Shown here: one piece after another, positions 30,001 through 42,070 of the stretch
Position numbering within the stretch: position 1 is the stretch's first letter
Layout: each line of letters begins with the position of its first letter
DNA from: Proteromonas lacertae
Taxonomy: Eukaryota
NCBI GenBank assembly: GCA_002245135.1
Contig: NGBS01000297.1
Location: forward strand, 186,001-250,000
Direction: 5' to 3'
DNA length: 64,000 nt
The notes under the pieces: generated by a model
The model's database searches: none
The model's input: only the letters and a program-made list of their open reading frames with translations
What the model was told of the DNA's origin: nothing
Translations under genes and position numbers: made by a program

Positions 30001-31479
30001 TAAATCATCATTCATATTAAATGTCTCTAACAACTGTACTAACGTCTTTAATATTTTTATTTGACTAGACTTATATTCTTCAAGATTATTCATTTCCAAC
30101 TTCTTTGTCTTATCAACCAATGTATAATTCCATTCATTTTGTTTGGTTAAATTGTAATAATTAATACCATAAGCAATACATTCATCCATATTTAAAGGTT
30201 CATAACTATTCTGAACGTTTAATTTTCTTCTCATTATTTCTTTGAAATAAGGTATACGGCAAGTTCCACCTACTAATAATAACTCAATATCTTCTTTTTT
30301 CTCTTCTTCATCTAAAATAGATAAACATTTATCTACTGATTCAATAATTACTTTATCCAACTCTCTTTCTGTTAAAAAATCTTCTAATCTCTTCTTTGAG
30401 AATGTTGAACTATAATCGCAATTACCTATTTCAATATTAATAGCAATTTCATCAGCTCCATTTGCAGATAACTTCTCTTTCATTAAAATAACCTCTTTAG
30501 CAATTTTATTATATATTTTTGGTGTAATTTTCAAATCTAAACCGTTATTCTCACTCTTATATTCTTTGTTCACTTCTTCAATAAAATAAGTGATTAATAT
30601 TTGATCTACAACTCTACCACTGACTTTTTTATCATAACAATTGTTTAATATTTCACATTTATTCTCTTTATCATAATACTTTACAAGTGTAAAACTACCA
30701 CATGTATAACCTATATCAGCAATCATATATAATTTCTCATTTCTTCCTTCTCCATAGTTTATGTTATTTTCATACACATAAGTCAAAGCAGGACAATAAT
30801 AAGCAGGTATAATTTCATCACAGTCAAGATCAGTGTATTTCAATAATTCGAATAGAAACTTCTTTTGTTCTTCAGTGAAATAGGGAGGACACTAAATAAA
30901 TACACAATTATAAATATATATATATATATACAGATAATGAACAGGGTATTTTTTCACTGTTTATATTTGAATAATCTTTAATTGTCTTAGAAATAAAATG
31001 AATCATAAACAAAAACATAACTTCAAGTGGTAATTCTGTCTTTAATACATCATCCATATCCAACTATATGAAGAAGATAATAAAATATTTATATACATGA
31101 TAAGTAAGAACATTATTCTCTCTTACATGAAAGTAAAGTGAATTAAATGGATCATATTCTTTGATTTCATCTTTTGTGATAGTTTTACCTAATAAAAACA
31201 TTGGTACATTCACATTAAAGGTTTGCTAATAACAATAATTCCAATTATCTATACATTAGAGGTGATTTCAGTTCCAAAAGTGATAGAGTTGTTCTTAATG
31301 TTAAGATAATTCCTAATATTTATAATTCAAAAGTAATTATACACGTTGCATGATTTATCATACGCATTTTGTACCATTTTATGAATAAATCTGTCAGTTA
31401 CGCTTCCTTCATTCTTGATCTTTGTCCTAAGGGAAATAAAAATATTTCTAGCTCCTATGTCTATTCCAATGTAACTCAT
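24037..31479 (-). CDS. Highly divergent Hsp110-like NBD plus ~5.5 kb helical region (array gene 6; could be more than one gene)
   Basis: ATG 31479 MSYIGIDIGARN; S|VPPYF, IADIG, KEKLSANGADEIAINIE, LLVGGTCRIP, LNMDECIAYG. Continuous minus-strand exons with short introns run to 24037. Confidence 0.65.
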
Positions 31480-31615
31480 GACAATTATATTGTCTTTAAC
31501 TGTAAAAGTACTATGTAATACAAGAATCAACTGTATTAATACAAGCCAAATAAGCTTGAATAGATAAATCCAAATCTTTTTTCTGTGATTATCAGCAGCT
31601 TATTTTACTGTTACA
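31480..31615. promoter_or_regulatory. Bidirectional promoter between array gene 6 and VPS11
   Basis: 136 bp between divergent ATGs; contains AAGCCAAATAAGCTTG at 31543-31558. Confidence 0.6.
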
Positions 31616-34600
31616 ATGTTACAGTGGAGAAAGTTCAACTTCTTTGACAAAGAGGTGATAGAAAATCCAGAACAACAATCCAATCTAGCAATATGTGAAG
31701 TATACATGCATATTTATTATTTTAAAGACAATGGATATAACTTGCTGCACCAGTGGAAGAGGTAATTTCATTTTAGGAGACAGTGAAGGTGGTATGACGT
31801 TTTTGACTCGTGATTATCATATTTCTCGTTTTCAAGCATTTGATTCGTGTGTGACACATTTACATATGGTATTGAATTATTTGATTTTATTCCAATTAGT
31901 TGAGAACACAAAATATTCTAGTTTCGATAGGAGATGGCGTGGATTGCAGGCCACCCGAATGTCAAGAAATATCTCGTAATAGTGCTGCAAAAAGAAGATC
32001 ACAGAAAGCTGAAGAAGCAAGTATAATTAATCATTTATCTAATTATTGTATAGCTGGACGTTCTTTAATGGATAAATTGTCACTTCATATCCCATATTTA
32101 CAATCATCAATGCCAGCTAATGCACAGTTAAAAATATGGAAATTAGATCAACCTGAAAAAGAAGGTTATTACTGTATGAAAACCATCAAAATATTCGAGA
32201 AAATTCCAGAACAAGTAATAACTAGTATGAATGTAACTGAAGATCTCTCTTCTGTCGCTTTGGGTTTAGGTGATGGACAAATTATATTAATTAGAGTATG
32301 AAATATGATAGAATATATATATATATTATATAGGGTGATTTATTAAGAGGTAGAAAACCAGATATTACCGTTTTACCAGCAAGATCCAAAGATCCAATTA
32401 CCTACTTAGGATTTAGTGAAGTAAAAGGAGTATATACATATTTTAATTATTATTAATATAAAAATAGAGTCCAACAGTCTTATTCGTATGTACAAACCGT
32501 GAAGTTGGTGTATATATGATAAGAGGAGTGAAAGATATATCACATTATTCCTCCTTAGATGATTCAACAGGAGCTTCTCGATACTTATCAACCACAATAT
32601 TAAACCAAAATGAATTAGTTGTAGGAAGATATGATGCTTTATATTTCTTCAATCAAGCAGATAGAGGACAATGTTATGGTATACAAGGTGAAAAGAGTAG
32701 AATATTTTACATTAAAAACAATTTAATTATTGTAGGAAAAGATGATAAAGGTGAAACTGAAGTTACTATTTATGATATTCATAATAAATATATAGGATAT
32801 GCAATGAAATATCCAAAAGAAGATATTTATTATGTTACTGAAGAATGGGGTGTGTTATACTTAATCACCAGTGAAAATCATATTTATTCAATCAAAGAAA
32901 AAGACACTCAAACCAAGCTTGAGACTTTATTCCAAAAGAATCTCTACCAAATCGCTATTTCAATTGCACAATCAGCTCAATATGATTATAGTAATATAGT
33001 TGATATATATAGACGTAATGGAGATTTCTTATATGAAAAGGGTGAGTATGATAATGCAATAGAACAATATATTTATACAATCGGACATATTGAACCATCT
33101 TATGTTATACAGAAATTCTTAGATGTTCAAAGAATCCATAATTTAACTGCTTATATGGAGGCAATACATGAACAAGGTAAAGCGAATGAAGATCATACTA
33201 CATTATTGATTAATTGTTATACAAAGTTAAAAGAATCTGATAAGTTAAAACAGTTTATTCATTCAGATGAAGAAGGAACAAGACATTTGAAATTTGATGC
33301 GATGAATGCAATCAATGTATTACGATCTGCCAATTGTCATCAAGAAGCATTATATTTAGCTAAGAAACACAATTTACATGATTTCTATATCAAAATATTA
33401 TGTGAAGATATTGGAAATTATAGTGACACATTAGCTTATATTGGATCATTAGCATTTATGGAAGCTGAGAAATATATGATTAAATATGGTAAGATATTAG
33501 TCTCTCCATATACCAGTGGATTCTACCACATTATTAAAGAAGCTTTGTACTCATTATATCCCTTCAGATCCTGATGTGGTAGTAGATGAAGAATTAAAAG
33601 CCAATCCTGAAGATTTTATACAATGTTATGTTGATCATCCATTATATTTGAAAGAGTTTTTAGAATATGTAATTTCTATAAGACCTCAATGTGATAAAGC
33701 AGTGTGGAATACTTTATTAGAATTGTTATTGAAGAAGGAATTATATACAAATATCAGTGATGAAGAATATAATAAGAATGTGATGAGTTTATTAGAGGTA
33801 TATATAGTTATTATTATTATATAGAATGCTGATGCTAATTATGATATAAATACTGCTTTAGTATTAGTACAAACATATCGATTTAGAGCTGGTCAATTAT
33901 ATTTATATCAAAAGTTAGAAATGTATCATATGATTATACAATATTATATGGAAGAAGGTAGTTATGATACAGTAATAGAAATGAGTAAAAATGTATTTTA
34001 TATATATATTGTATATTTATAATATATAAATAGTACAGCAACAATGATCCAAATATATGGATACAGATATTAAACTACTTTTGTGAATGTAAACCTTTAC
34101 CTATTGATCATATAAAAACAGTATTAGATTATGTAGAAAGAAGATCTTTGTTACCACCATTACTAGTAATACAAATATTAGGAAAGAATGATGATATTCC
34201 GCTGTCTGTAATAAAAGATTATGTTATTAATAGACTAAAGATGGAAAGAAAAGTAGTGGAAGAAGATTACGTTGAAATCGAACAATTGCAAAGCGATACA
34301 GCCAAAATGAAAGCAGAGTTAGAAGATTTAAGTGGTGCAGCAAGAATATTCCAATATACAAAATGTATAGGTTGTGGATTGCCATTAGATTTACCAGCAG
34401 TTCATTTCTTATGTATGCATTCTTATCATCAGCATTGTTTAACCGATAATTCAGCAGAATGTCCAAAATGTTCATCTCATCAAAAGTATTTACATATTAT
34501 TATTATTATTATTAATTTAAAATAGACAAATACAAGAAACACGAAAAGAAATACTCAGACAGTACACACACAAAGATAACTTATATAATGAATTGAAATC

Positions 34601-35055
34601 ATCCACTGATGGATTTAGTGTAATTGCCAGTTACTTTGGAAAAGGATTATTCTCTACAATTCCAGAAGGTGAACCAGAGTTTAGTATTAAACAACAAGAA
34701 GCACCAATTCAAAAAGAATCTGATGATAAAATGCAATTTGAACCTATTCCTGATATTCCTGCCATTGTTGAAGAATCTAGAGAAATTCCTGAAGCTCCTG
34801 AAGATAAATCCTATTTAGATCAACCTGTTGGTGGTTTAGATTCTTGGGGACAACATTATGATGAGGAAGATAGTAATGATAATCCGTTTGGTGAAGAACC
34901 TACAGCTACTAAACCAGATTTACCAAAACCAACAGAAAAACGTATTTTTGTCTTTATTTTTGTTTTATATAGCAATAAATCCATTTAGTAGTTCACCACA
35001 AAAATCTACTTCTCCAGTTCAACAATCATCATTATTTGATTGGCTTAATAAATAG
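31616..35055 (+). CDS. VPS11: Vacuolar protein sorting 11 (HOPS/CORVET core subunit)
   Basis: N-terminus MLQWRKFNFFD; KEKDTQTKLETLFQKNLYQIAI; EPSYVIQKFLDVQRIHNLTAY; C-terminal RING (C..C LDLPAVHFLCMHSYHQHC..CPKC). One +1 frameshift near 33505. Confidence 0.93.
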
Positions 35056-35319
35056 AATGAATAATTATAATAATTGGTTTTTATATTATTTCTTTAATAT
35101 TATCCTTTTTTACAATCTTACTCTTTCGTCTAAAACAATAATCAAACAATATCAAAATTCTAGGAAATATTTGTGTGTATAACTCACTAAATATCGAAAA
35201 GTCTATTAAAATAGTAATTAAAAAAAGTTCAACCTTTTTATGAAAATCTTACCAACCTTTAGAAAACACATATAAAAATGTGTTTTGTTTAATTCTAAAA
35301 AGGTTGAAATTAAAAAATT

Positions 35320-38300
35320 ATGTCTGAAGCAATTGAAATGGGTAAAGTGAGTGATATACATATCAACATTGAACAAGATAAGTGGGATACACCTGATGAT
35401 ATCCTTAAGAAAGGATTTCATGAATATCATGAAGCATTAAAGAAGATCACACCTGAACTATCACCTGTGGATTTAATCATGAATAACTACAGTTATTCTG
35501 TCAACATTCCTGAGAATGGAAGACAAAATAAGCCATCAAACCTAATTCAATCTCTTAGCAATATTGGCAAGATTATCACATTTCAAACAAAAACACATCA
35601 GAAAAAGATCTTAACTAATCTGAATTTGACCTTTCCAGCTGGGTCTACTACCATTGTATTTATTTCGCTTATAATAATTCTGATGTAGGTTTTAGGTGGT
35701 CCAGGATGTGGCACAACTACATTTTTACAAGCTCTTGCTAATCAAATACCTAAAAGCAAAACTAGTGGTGATATTGTCTATGGTGGTAAGAGTATTGATA
35801 ATTACGAATGGACAAGAGTTGCAGTGGTATGTGAACAGTTAGATTATCACAATGCTCCACTAACAGTTAAAGAAACCTTTAATTTCAGTAAAGCTTGTCA
35901 ATTAGGAACAAATAACTTTTATAAAGGTGTAAATGTGGAGAATAATTTTATTGTATATTTTTATTATATATATTAACAATTTATAGAAACATTTAGAATT
36001 GAAGAGTGATTTAGTGATTAATTCCTTGGGTTTGAAGATATGTGAGAATACTATAGTCTGTGACCAATCTCTTCGTGGTGTAAGTGGTGGTGAGAGAAGA
36101 AGAGTGACATTGGGAGAAGCATTGCTTGGTCCACAAAGAATACTGTTATTGGATAAATTCAGCACTGGTTTAGATAGTGCAGTAACTATCGATATTGTAA
36201 GAATGTTATGTGATTGGGCTAAAACATTCAATGGAATTGTGATAGCTGCAATGTTACAACCAGATAATGATGTTATTTATTCATATGATCAATTATTATT
36301 GTTAGATAAAGGATGTAATATCTATTTTGGTCCACCAAAGGAAGGTATTGATTATTTTGATAAATTGGGTTATAAAAGACCAAAAGAGAAAGATGAAGGA
36401 AGTTTCTTATCTGAAATAGCAACAGAAAGATATAGACATCATTGTGATGCAAACAATAAGTATGAAAAAGTAGAAGAATTGAAAAAGTGTTATGAAGAAT
36501 CAGATTATAACAAAGTATATTCTATTTATATTTACTATTTGCTATTATATGTAATAGAAAATTATTGAAACAATAAACAGTAAAATACAATCGAAAGTAG
36601 AACTTTTTAACACTCCATATTCAAAGAAATTATACAAAAGTGAGTATTCATTATCTCAATTTGAAATGTTTTTATTGGTGTTTATCAGACAAATCAAATT
36701 ATTCATTAGAGATAAATCCTACATAATAACAAGATTATTTCAAGATATAGTAATGAGTGTTCTTATTGGTTTAATATTTGCAAAGATATCTGAAGATAAT
36801 CCAATGCCTTTATTCTCATTTATATATGTTATTCAAACAAATATGTTTGTAAATCATTTCTCTCAATTAGGAACAGTATTAGCAGAAAAGAAAGTATTAG
36901 CCAAGCAAAGAAGAAATAAATATTTTGCACCTATTCATTATGTTATATCAAATACAATAATCCAATATCCAGTAGTCTTAATTGAAGCTTTGGTTTATGG
37001 AACTCCTGTTTATTTCATATCAAACTTAGGTAAAGATAGTAATACTGAAATGTATGTAATCTTTATATCTTCATTGATTTGTGTTGGTTTGGCAAGTTTG
37101 ACTTTTGTTAGATTGATGTTGATGATGTTTGATAATGAATATATAGCAATGGGAATATTGCCATTACTATTATTTGTATTTGGTAATACAGCTGGTTTTA
37201 CAACTCCAAAAGATAATATTACACCAATAATAAGATGGATATATTATATTAATCCATTCAATTATGGTACAAAGATTATAGTGACAAATGAATTATTGTC
37301 ATCAAAATGGGGAGTGAAAGGACATGCTTTATTAAGTACAATGGATTTTCCAATGAATAAAGATGATAGATATTTATGGTTTATTGCACTTATAATAATG
37401 CATTTTGCATGTATATATATTAATATATTAATATAATATGTTATAGATATGATAATAATGACAATAGTATTATCTCTTAAAAGATATCCACCATCTGTTT
37501 CATATGTTGTTGATAATGATGATTTAAAGGAAATGACTGAAATGGAAAGACAAGAAAGTTTACAAAGAACAAAAAGTGAAAGATCTTCAATTGTGACTCA
37601 ATCAGTTGATTTAAGTTTCAGTAATCTCTGTTATTATGTGAAAGTAAAAGATCCAAAAACAAAAAAGACAGAAGAAAAGAAATTATTAAAATAATTGAGT
37701 GGATTTATAAGAGCTAATACAATGACAGCATTGATGGGATCAAGTGGAGCTGGTAAAACAACTCTGTTAGATGTCTTAGCAAATAGAAAGAATACTGGAA
37801 GAATAACAGGTGATATATATTTAAATGGTCAAAAAATGGATAAAATATCATTAACTCATTATTTAGGTTATGTTGAACAAATGGATAATTTACTATCCAA
37901 AGATACAGTAAGAGAAGTATTAGAATTTAGTGCAAATACAAGATTACCAAATAATACAAGTGAAAAAACAAAGAAAGAGATGATTGAAGACACATTAAAG
38001 CTGTTGGGATTAGAATCTTATGCTGATTTGATGATAGGCAAACCAGGAAATGGTTTATCAATGGCAATTAGAAAATTGATAATGACAGGTATTGAATTAG
38101 TAGCAAATCCTCCAATCATCTTCTTAGATGAACCAACTACAGGATTGGATAGTAACAATGCTTTATTAGTTGTTCAAGTATTAGAAAGAATTGCAGCAAC
38201 AGGAAAGAGTGTGATTTGTACAATCCATCAACCATCCATTGAAATATTCAAACTATTTACTGATATATTGTTATTAGAAAGAGGTGGTAATATGATATAT

Positions 38301-39455
38301 TTAGGTCCATCAGGTGAAGATGGTAAAGAAATTGTATCTTATTTAGAGAATCATCCATCACATCCTAAATTGCCTGAAAATACCAATCCAGCTAGTTGGA
38401 TGTTAGAAGTAACAGGAAGTGGTATAAACAACAATAAACCAATAGAAATGTTTCCTTATTATGAAAGTAGTGATTTGAAAAAGAAAAACGATGAAATTCT
38501 GCAAAACATGTTGAATAAAAAAGGAAATGAATTACCCAAATTAAATAGATATATGACAAGTTATTCAAACCAAATAATTTGTTGTTTAAAGAGAGTTGGA
38601 AGATTTTATTGGAGATCTGCAGAATTTATATATCCCAGAATTATTATCTGTGCATTAATTTCATTGTTTGTAGGAGGAATTTATTATCAAATTGAACTTA
38701 AAGATGAAGCTGGAATTCAAGCAGTAATGGCAGCTATTACAATGCCTTTATTCTTCAGTGGAACATTTACATGCCTTTTAACAATCATTCTTATAATTCA
38801 AGAAAGGACTGGAATCTATAGAGATATTGACAATAATTTAGTCAACCCAATCGCATATACAATTAGTTATGTAATATTTGAATTACCAGTTACATTATTA
38901 TGTTCGTATATATTTTTTAATGTATTTATTCTATTTCATTATAGACTTATTATAACATTATTTGTTTATCCAATGAGTGGTTTTGTATCATATACAGATG
39001 CAGTATATCAAAACATTATTGCTGATTGGATGTATTTAACATTTGCTTCATATATTGGATTATTATTTGCGTTTCTTACACCAACAATTCAAGTTGCCAC
39101 TTCAATTGGCTCAGCCACTTTAACAGTTTTAGGTACATTAGGTGGATTTTTCATTACTAAAAATGATTTGTATTACTTCTTCAAAATGCTTTATTGGATT
39201 GATCCTTTTCAATTCATTGTTAATTCAATATTTACATCTCAAATGCATTGTAGAAAAGATAATATTTTAGAATGTCCACAAATATATATAGCTGCTGTCA
39301 ATCAATCTGTTCCTATAAATTACTTATTGGAAAATAGATTCAGTCTATTACATAATTATCGTTGGTATTATCAGATAGTTGGAGCAGGATTTTGTGTATT
39401 GTTATTAATACCATTCAATTATTCAATTAAGAGCATAAGATACTTGAAAATATAG
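35320..39455 (+). CDS. Full-size ABCG (PDR-type) transporter, NBD-TMD-NBD-TMD
   Basis: NBD1 GGPGCGTT and VSGGERRR; TMD1; NBD2 GSSGAGKTT, FLDEPTTGLDS, TIHQP; TMD2. In-frame TAA at 37692-37694. Confidence 0.9.
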
Positions 39456-39559
39456 ATATTATCATTTGTTATTATTATAAATTGTCATTATTTTTGTTTT
39501 TGTTTTGTTTTTGAAAGAAAAAATATATATGTTATGTATAGTAAATTAATAGTTTTAAT

Positions 39560-41012
39560 TTAACATTCATTCTCAATCAAACTAAGTTCATTTCCAGTCT
39601 CTGTTTCTCTTTCTTCGTCATTTTCTCCTTTTATTAAATGCAACCATTTATTTTTTGTGACATACAATCCTATTGCACTTCCAACTATAACTAATATACT
39701 AACAATTGGTAAAACAACTTCAATAACATCAATTGATTGACATGCATTACCTGTATAAAACAAACTACATTCGCATTTCAATGAATTTGAACATTTCCCT
39801 TTACCATTGCACTCTTTATCATCATTAAAAGGACAATTCACTTTTATAGATGATATTATGGTTGTAATATTAGTATTAGCAAAGGTTAAATATTTAATAT
39901 TATCAATAGATGCATAATCACTATCTTCATAATACAATAATCTTGATTGTCCAATTACATTACTATTTCCAAATGATATTTTCACTAATCTTCCATCACT
40001 TCTATCTATTGTAACCCAGAAAGGAACTCTATCAATTTGACATCTTAAACCCATTGATTTCAATGATTTATCTTTTCCATTTACATATTTGTTTAGATAT
40101 AATCCACTGGGAGTAACTTTTACATAATAATAGTTTGTTGAATGAATAGAATCTTGTAATAAACCAAAATATTTAGTATCCAAACAGGGAACTTCAAATA
40201 TTGCTTTAAATATCTTATTATTCTTTCTATTTTCCCAGATATCAGCGAACATATCAAACTTTCCATTCATTTTTTGATAAATAATGTATTTATTAATATT
40301 GTTTTTATTAAACGCAACTTTTGTAGTTATTGCTTCTGAATTGGTTGTATTGTATATAGATACTAAACTATTTGCATTTAAGGTGATTGTGTTGATGTTA
40401 CTATTACTTTCATATGGAATTACATATAATTTACATTGTGTTTTATAATAGTTACAAACTGTTGTTACAACAATAATATTGTTAAGAGATAAGTCTTTTG
40501 CATTAAAATTTTCCAATAATGGTGGATTGAATGATAATTTCACTACATATGGTAATTGTTTTGTTGAGGAAGTATTATCAATCTCCATAGTCACACTCAA
40601 TCTAGTAGAAAGCATAGATTCATCAATTTTAAGAGGTTTTATTAGAACACTGTTGCGTTGAGAGTAATTTCTGTCATAAGCAACACCAAAACCATCCAAA
40701 ATAACTAATTTACTAAATTCATACTCATTAATAATCTTGACAATAATTATTAAGCGTTGTGAACTTTCTTGCTGTAAATTCTCTACCTTACCATTGAAAA
40801 CTCTAATCTTCTCAGTATTTATCATAACTGGTTTTGAAAAGAATGCTGAAATGTAAACTAGAGAATGTTGTGAGTATGAGTAATAATTAGCCTTTAAATC
40901 AACTGCAATCCTGTCAGTTATATGGATTTAAATGACTGAATTCATTTTCATATCCTAAACAAAAATTTAATAACAAAATCAACAGGAATGGTGAGATTTT
41001 TAGACTTTTCAT
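39560..41012 (-). CDS. Type I membrane protein: signal peptide, beta-rich ectodomain (possibly FAMeT-like), EGF-like domain, transmembrane helix
   Basis: ATG 41012 MKSLKISPFLLILLL; EGF-like CNGKGKC..CECSLFYTGNAC; TM VVLPIVSILVIVGSAIGLYV. A frameshift or unusual intron lies near 40925. Confidence 0.7.
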
Positions 41013-41046
41013 TTTTTTGTGTTTTTTGATACACAAGTAATTAAAC

Positions 41047-41054
41047 AACAAACA
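41047..41054 (-). terminator. TGTTTGTT candidate 3'-end processing element
   Basis: 10 nt after the METTL18-like stop; matches the motif known near Blastocystis polyadenylation sites. Confidence 0.4.
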
Positions 41055-41064
41055 AAATGAATAT

Positions 41065-42061
41065 TTATTTATTAAACTTAAGAATGAGTATTTCTCTAAT
41101 AGTAGAAGCACCATCATCAAAAACTTTCACAGTATCAATAACAAAACTCTTCTAATATAATAATATACACTGAAAACTATACATTCTTTTCATTATAATC
41201 TTTTAGTGCTTGTGTCCCTCCACCTAAACCGAAATAATACTTCTTTCCACTCAATACACAAAACCCATTTTCTTTCATTACTACTTTTAGCAAATTATAC
41301 AGTGTTTCAATAGCATATTCAGTGTAAACAGTCTAGTATGGAATATAATGTAGGTCTTTTATACTTCTGAAGTGATTATTATGTCATATTGATAATTAAT
41401 TGCATTTTTCATATTTTCCCAACTTCCACTTATTAGTTTAATTGTATTAATTAACTCTGAGTTATGTATATTCAACAGGATATTTGGTGTTGTACAATTA
41501 TTCAGTACATCTTTGTTTAAATCCTAATAAACCAAATAAACCATATAAAACATATACCTGAAAATCAACACTATAGCCATTTTTGAGTAGAATTACACCA
41601 GGAATTCCATAACCACAGCCAATCTCCAGTATTTTATTAGTCATTCCATTATTAGTTGAAAATAATGAAGCATTTTCACAAATAAATGTACTTAAATCCA
41701 AACTACATTCCCAGACTTTTAATCCACCTTCATATTTACCTGTAACGATATCTTTAGATTTTGTGATGTCAACAAGTTCACTGTCTTGTACTTTTGGTTT
41801 TTGAATTAACTTTAAACTCATACTATCCAAATAACAAAATCATTTATACGAACTGATATTGACATCTTCAACAACAAGTCCATTCATATTGCATGCATAT
41901 AAAGGATTAATTTCAACTGATATTAATTCAGTTGGAGCAAAACTGGCTGATTTCGTTGTATCTTGGTCTGTTTGGACTTCTTCTGGATTCTATGAATTTT
42001 ATTAACTATTCTCTAACAATACCGAGAAAAAATTAAATCTAAAAGCTCCTGGCTTGTCCAT
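41065..42061 (-). CDS. METTL18: Histidine protein methyltransferase (METTL18/Hpm1-like)
   Basis: MDKPGAFRFNF; DIVTGKYEGGLKVWECSLDL; ILEIGCGYGIPG; KKYYFGLGGG; IREILIL; stop at 41065. Confidence 0.8.
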
Positions 42062-42070
42062 AAAAGCAGG

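Noticed and set aside
1..31479. Integrated giant-virus or prophage region (AT-rich, single strand, divergent Hsp70s)
   Set aside because: Genes are dense with host-type spliceosomal introns and no viral hallmark genes are visible.
33489..33516. 28-nt GT..AG intron that would repair the VPS11 frame
   Set aside because: It would delete GKILVSHIP, which matches the conserved VPS11 segment YGKIL..HIP; a 1-nt insertion is the better explanation.
37692..37694. Stop-codon reassignment (TAA as a sense codon)
   Set aside because: Long AT-rich exons (e.g. 931, 648 and 586 aa) contain no internal stops, and TAA, TAG and TGA all end genes here. Fragmented ORFs are explained by short introns.
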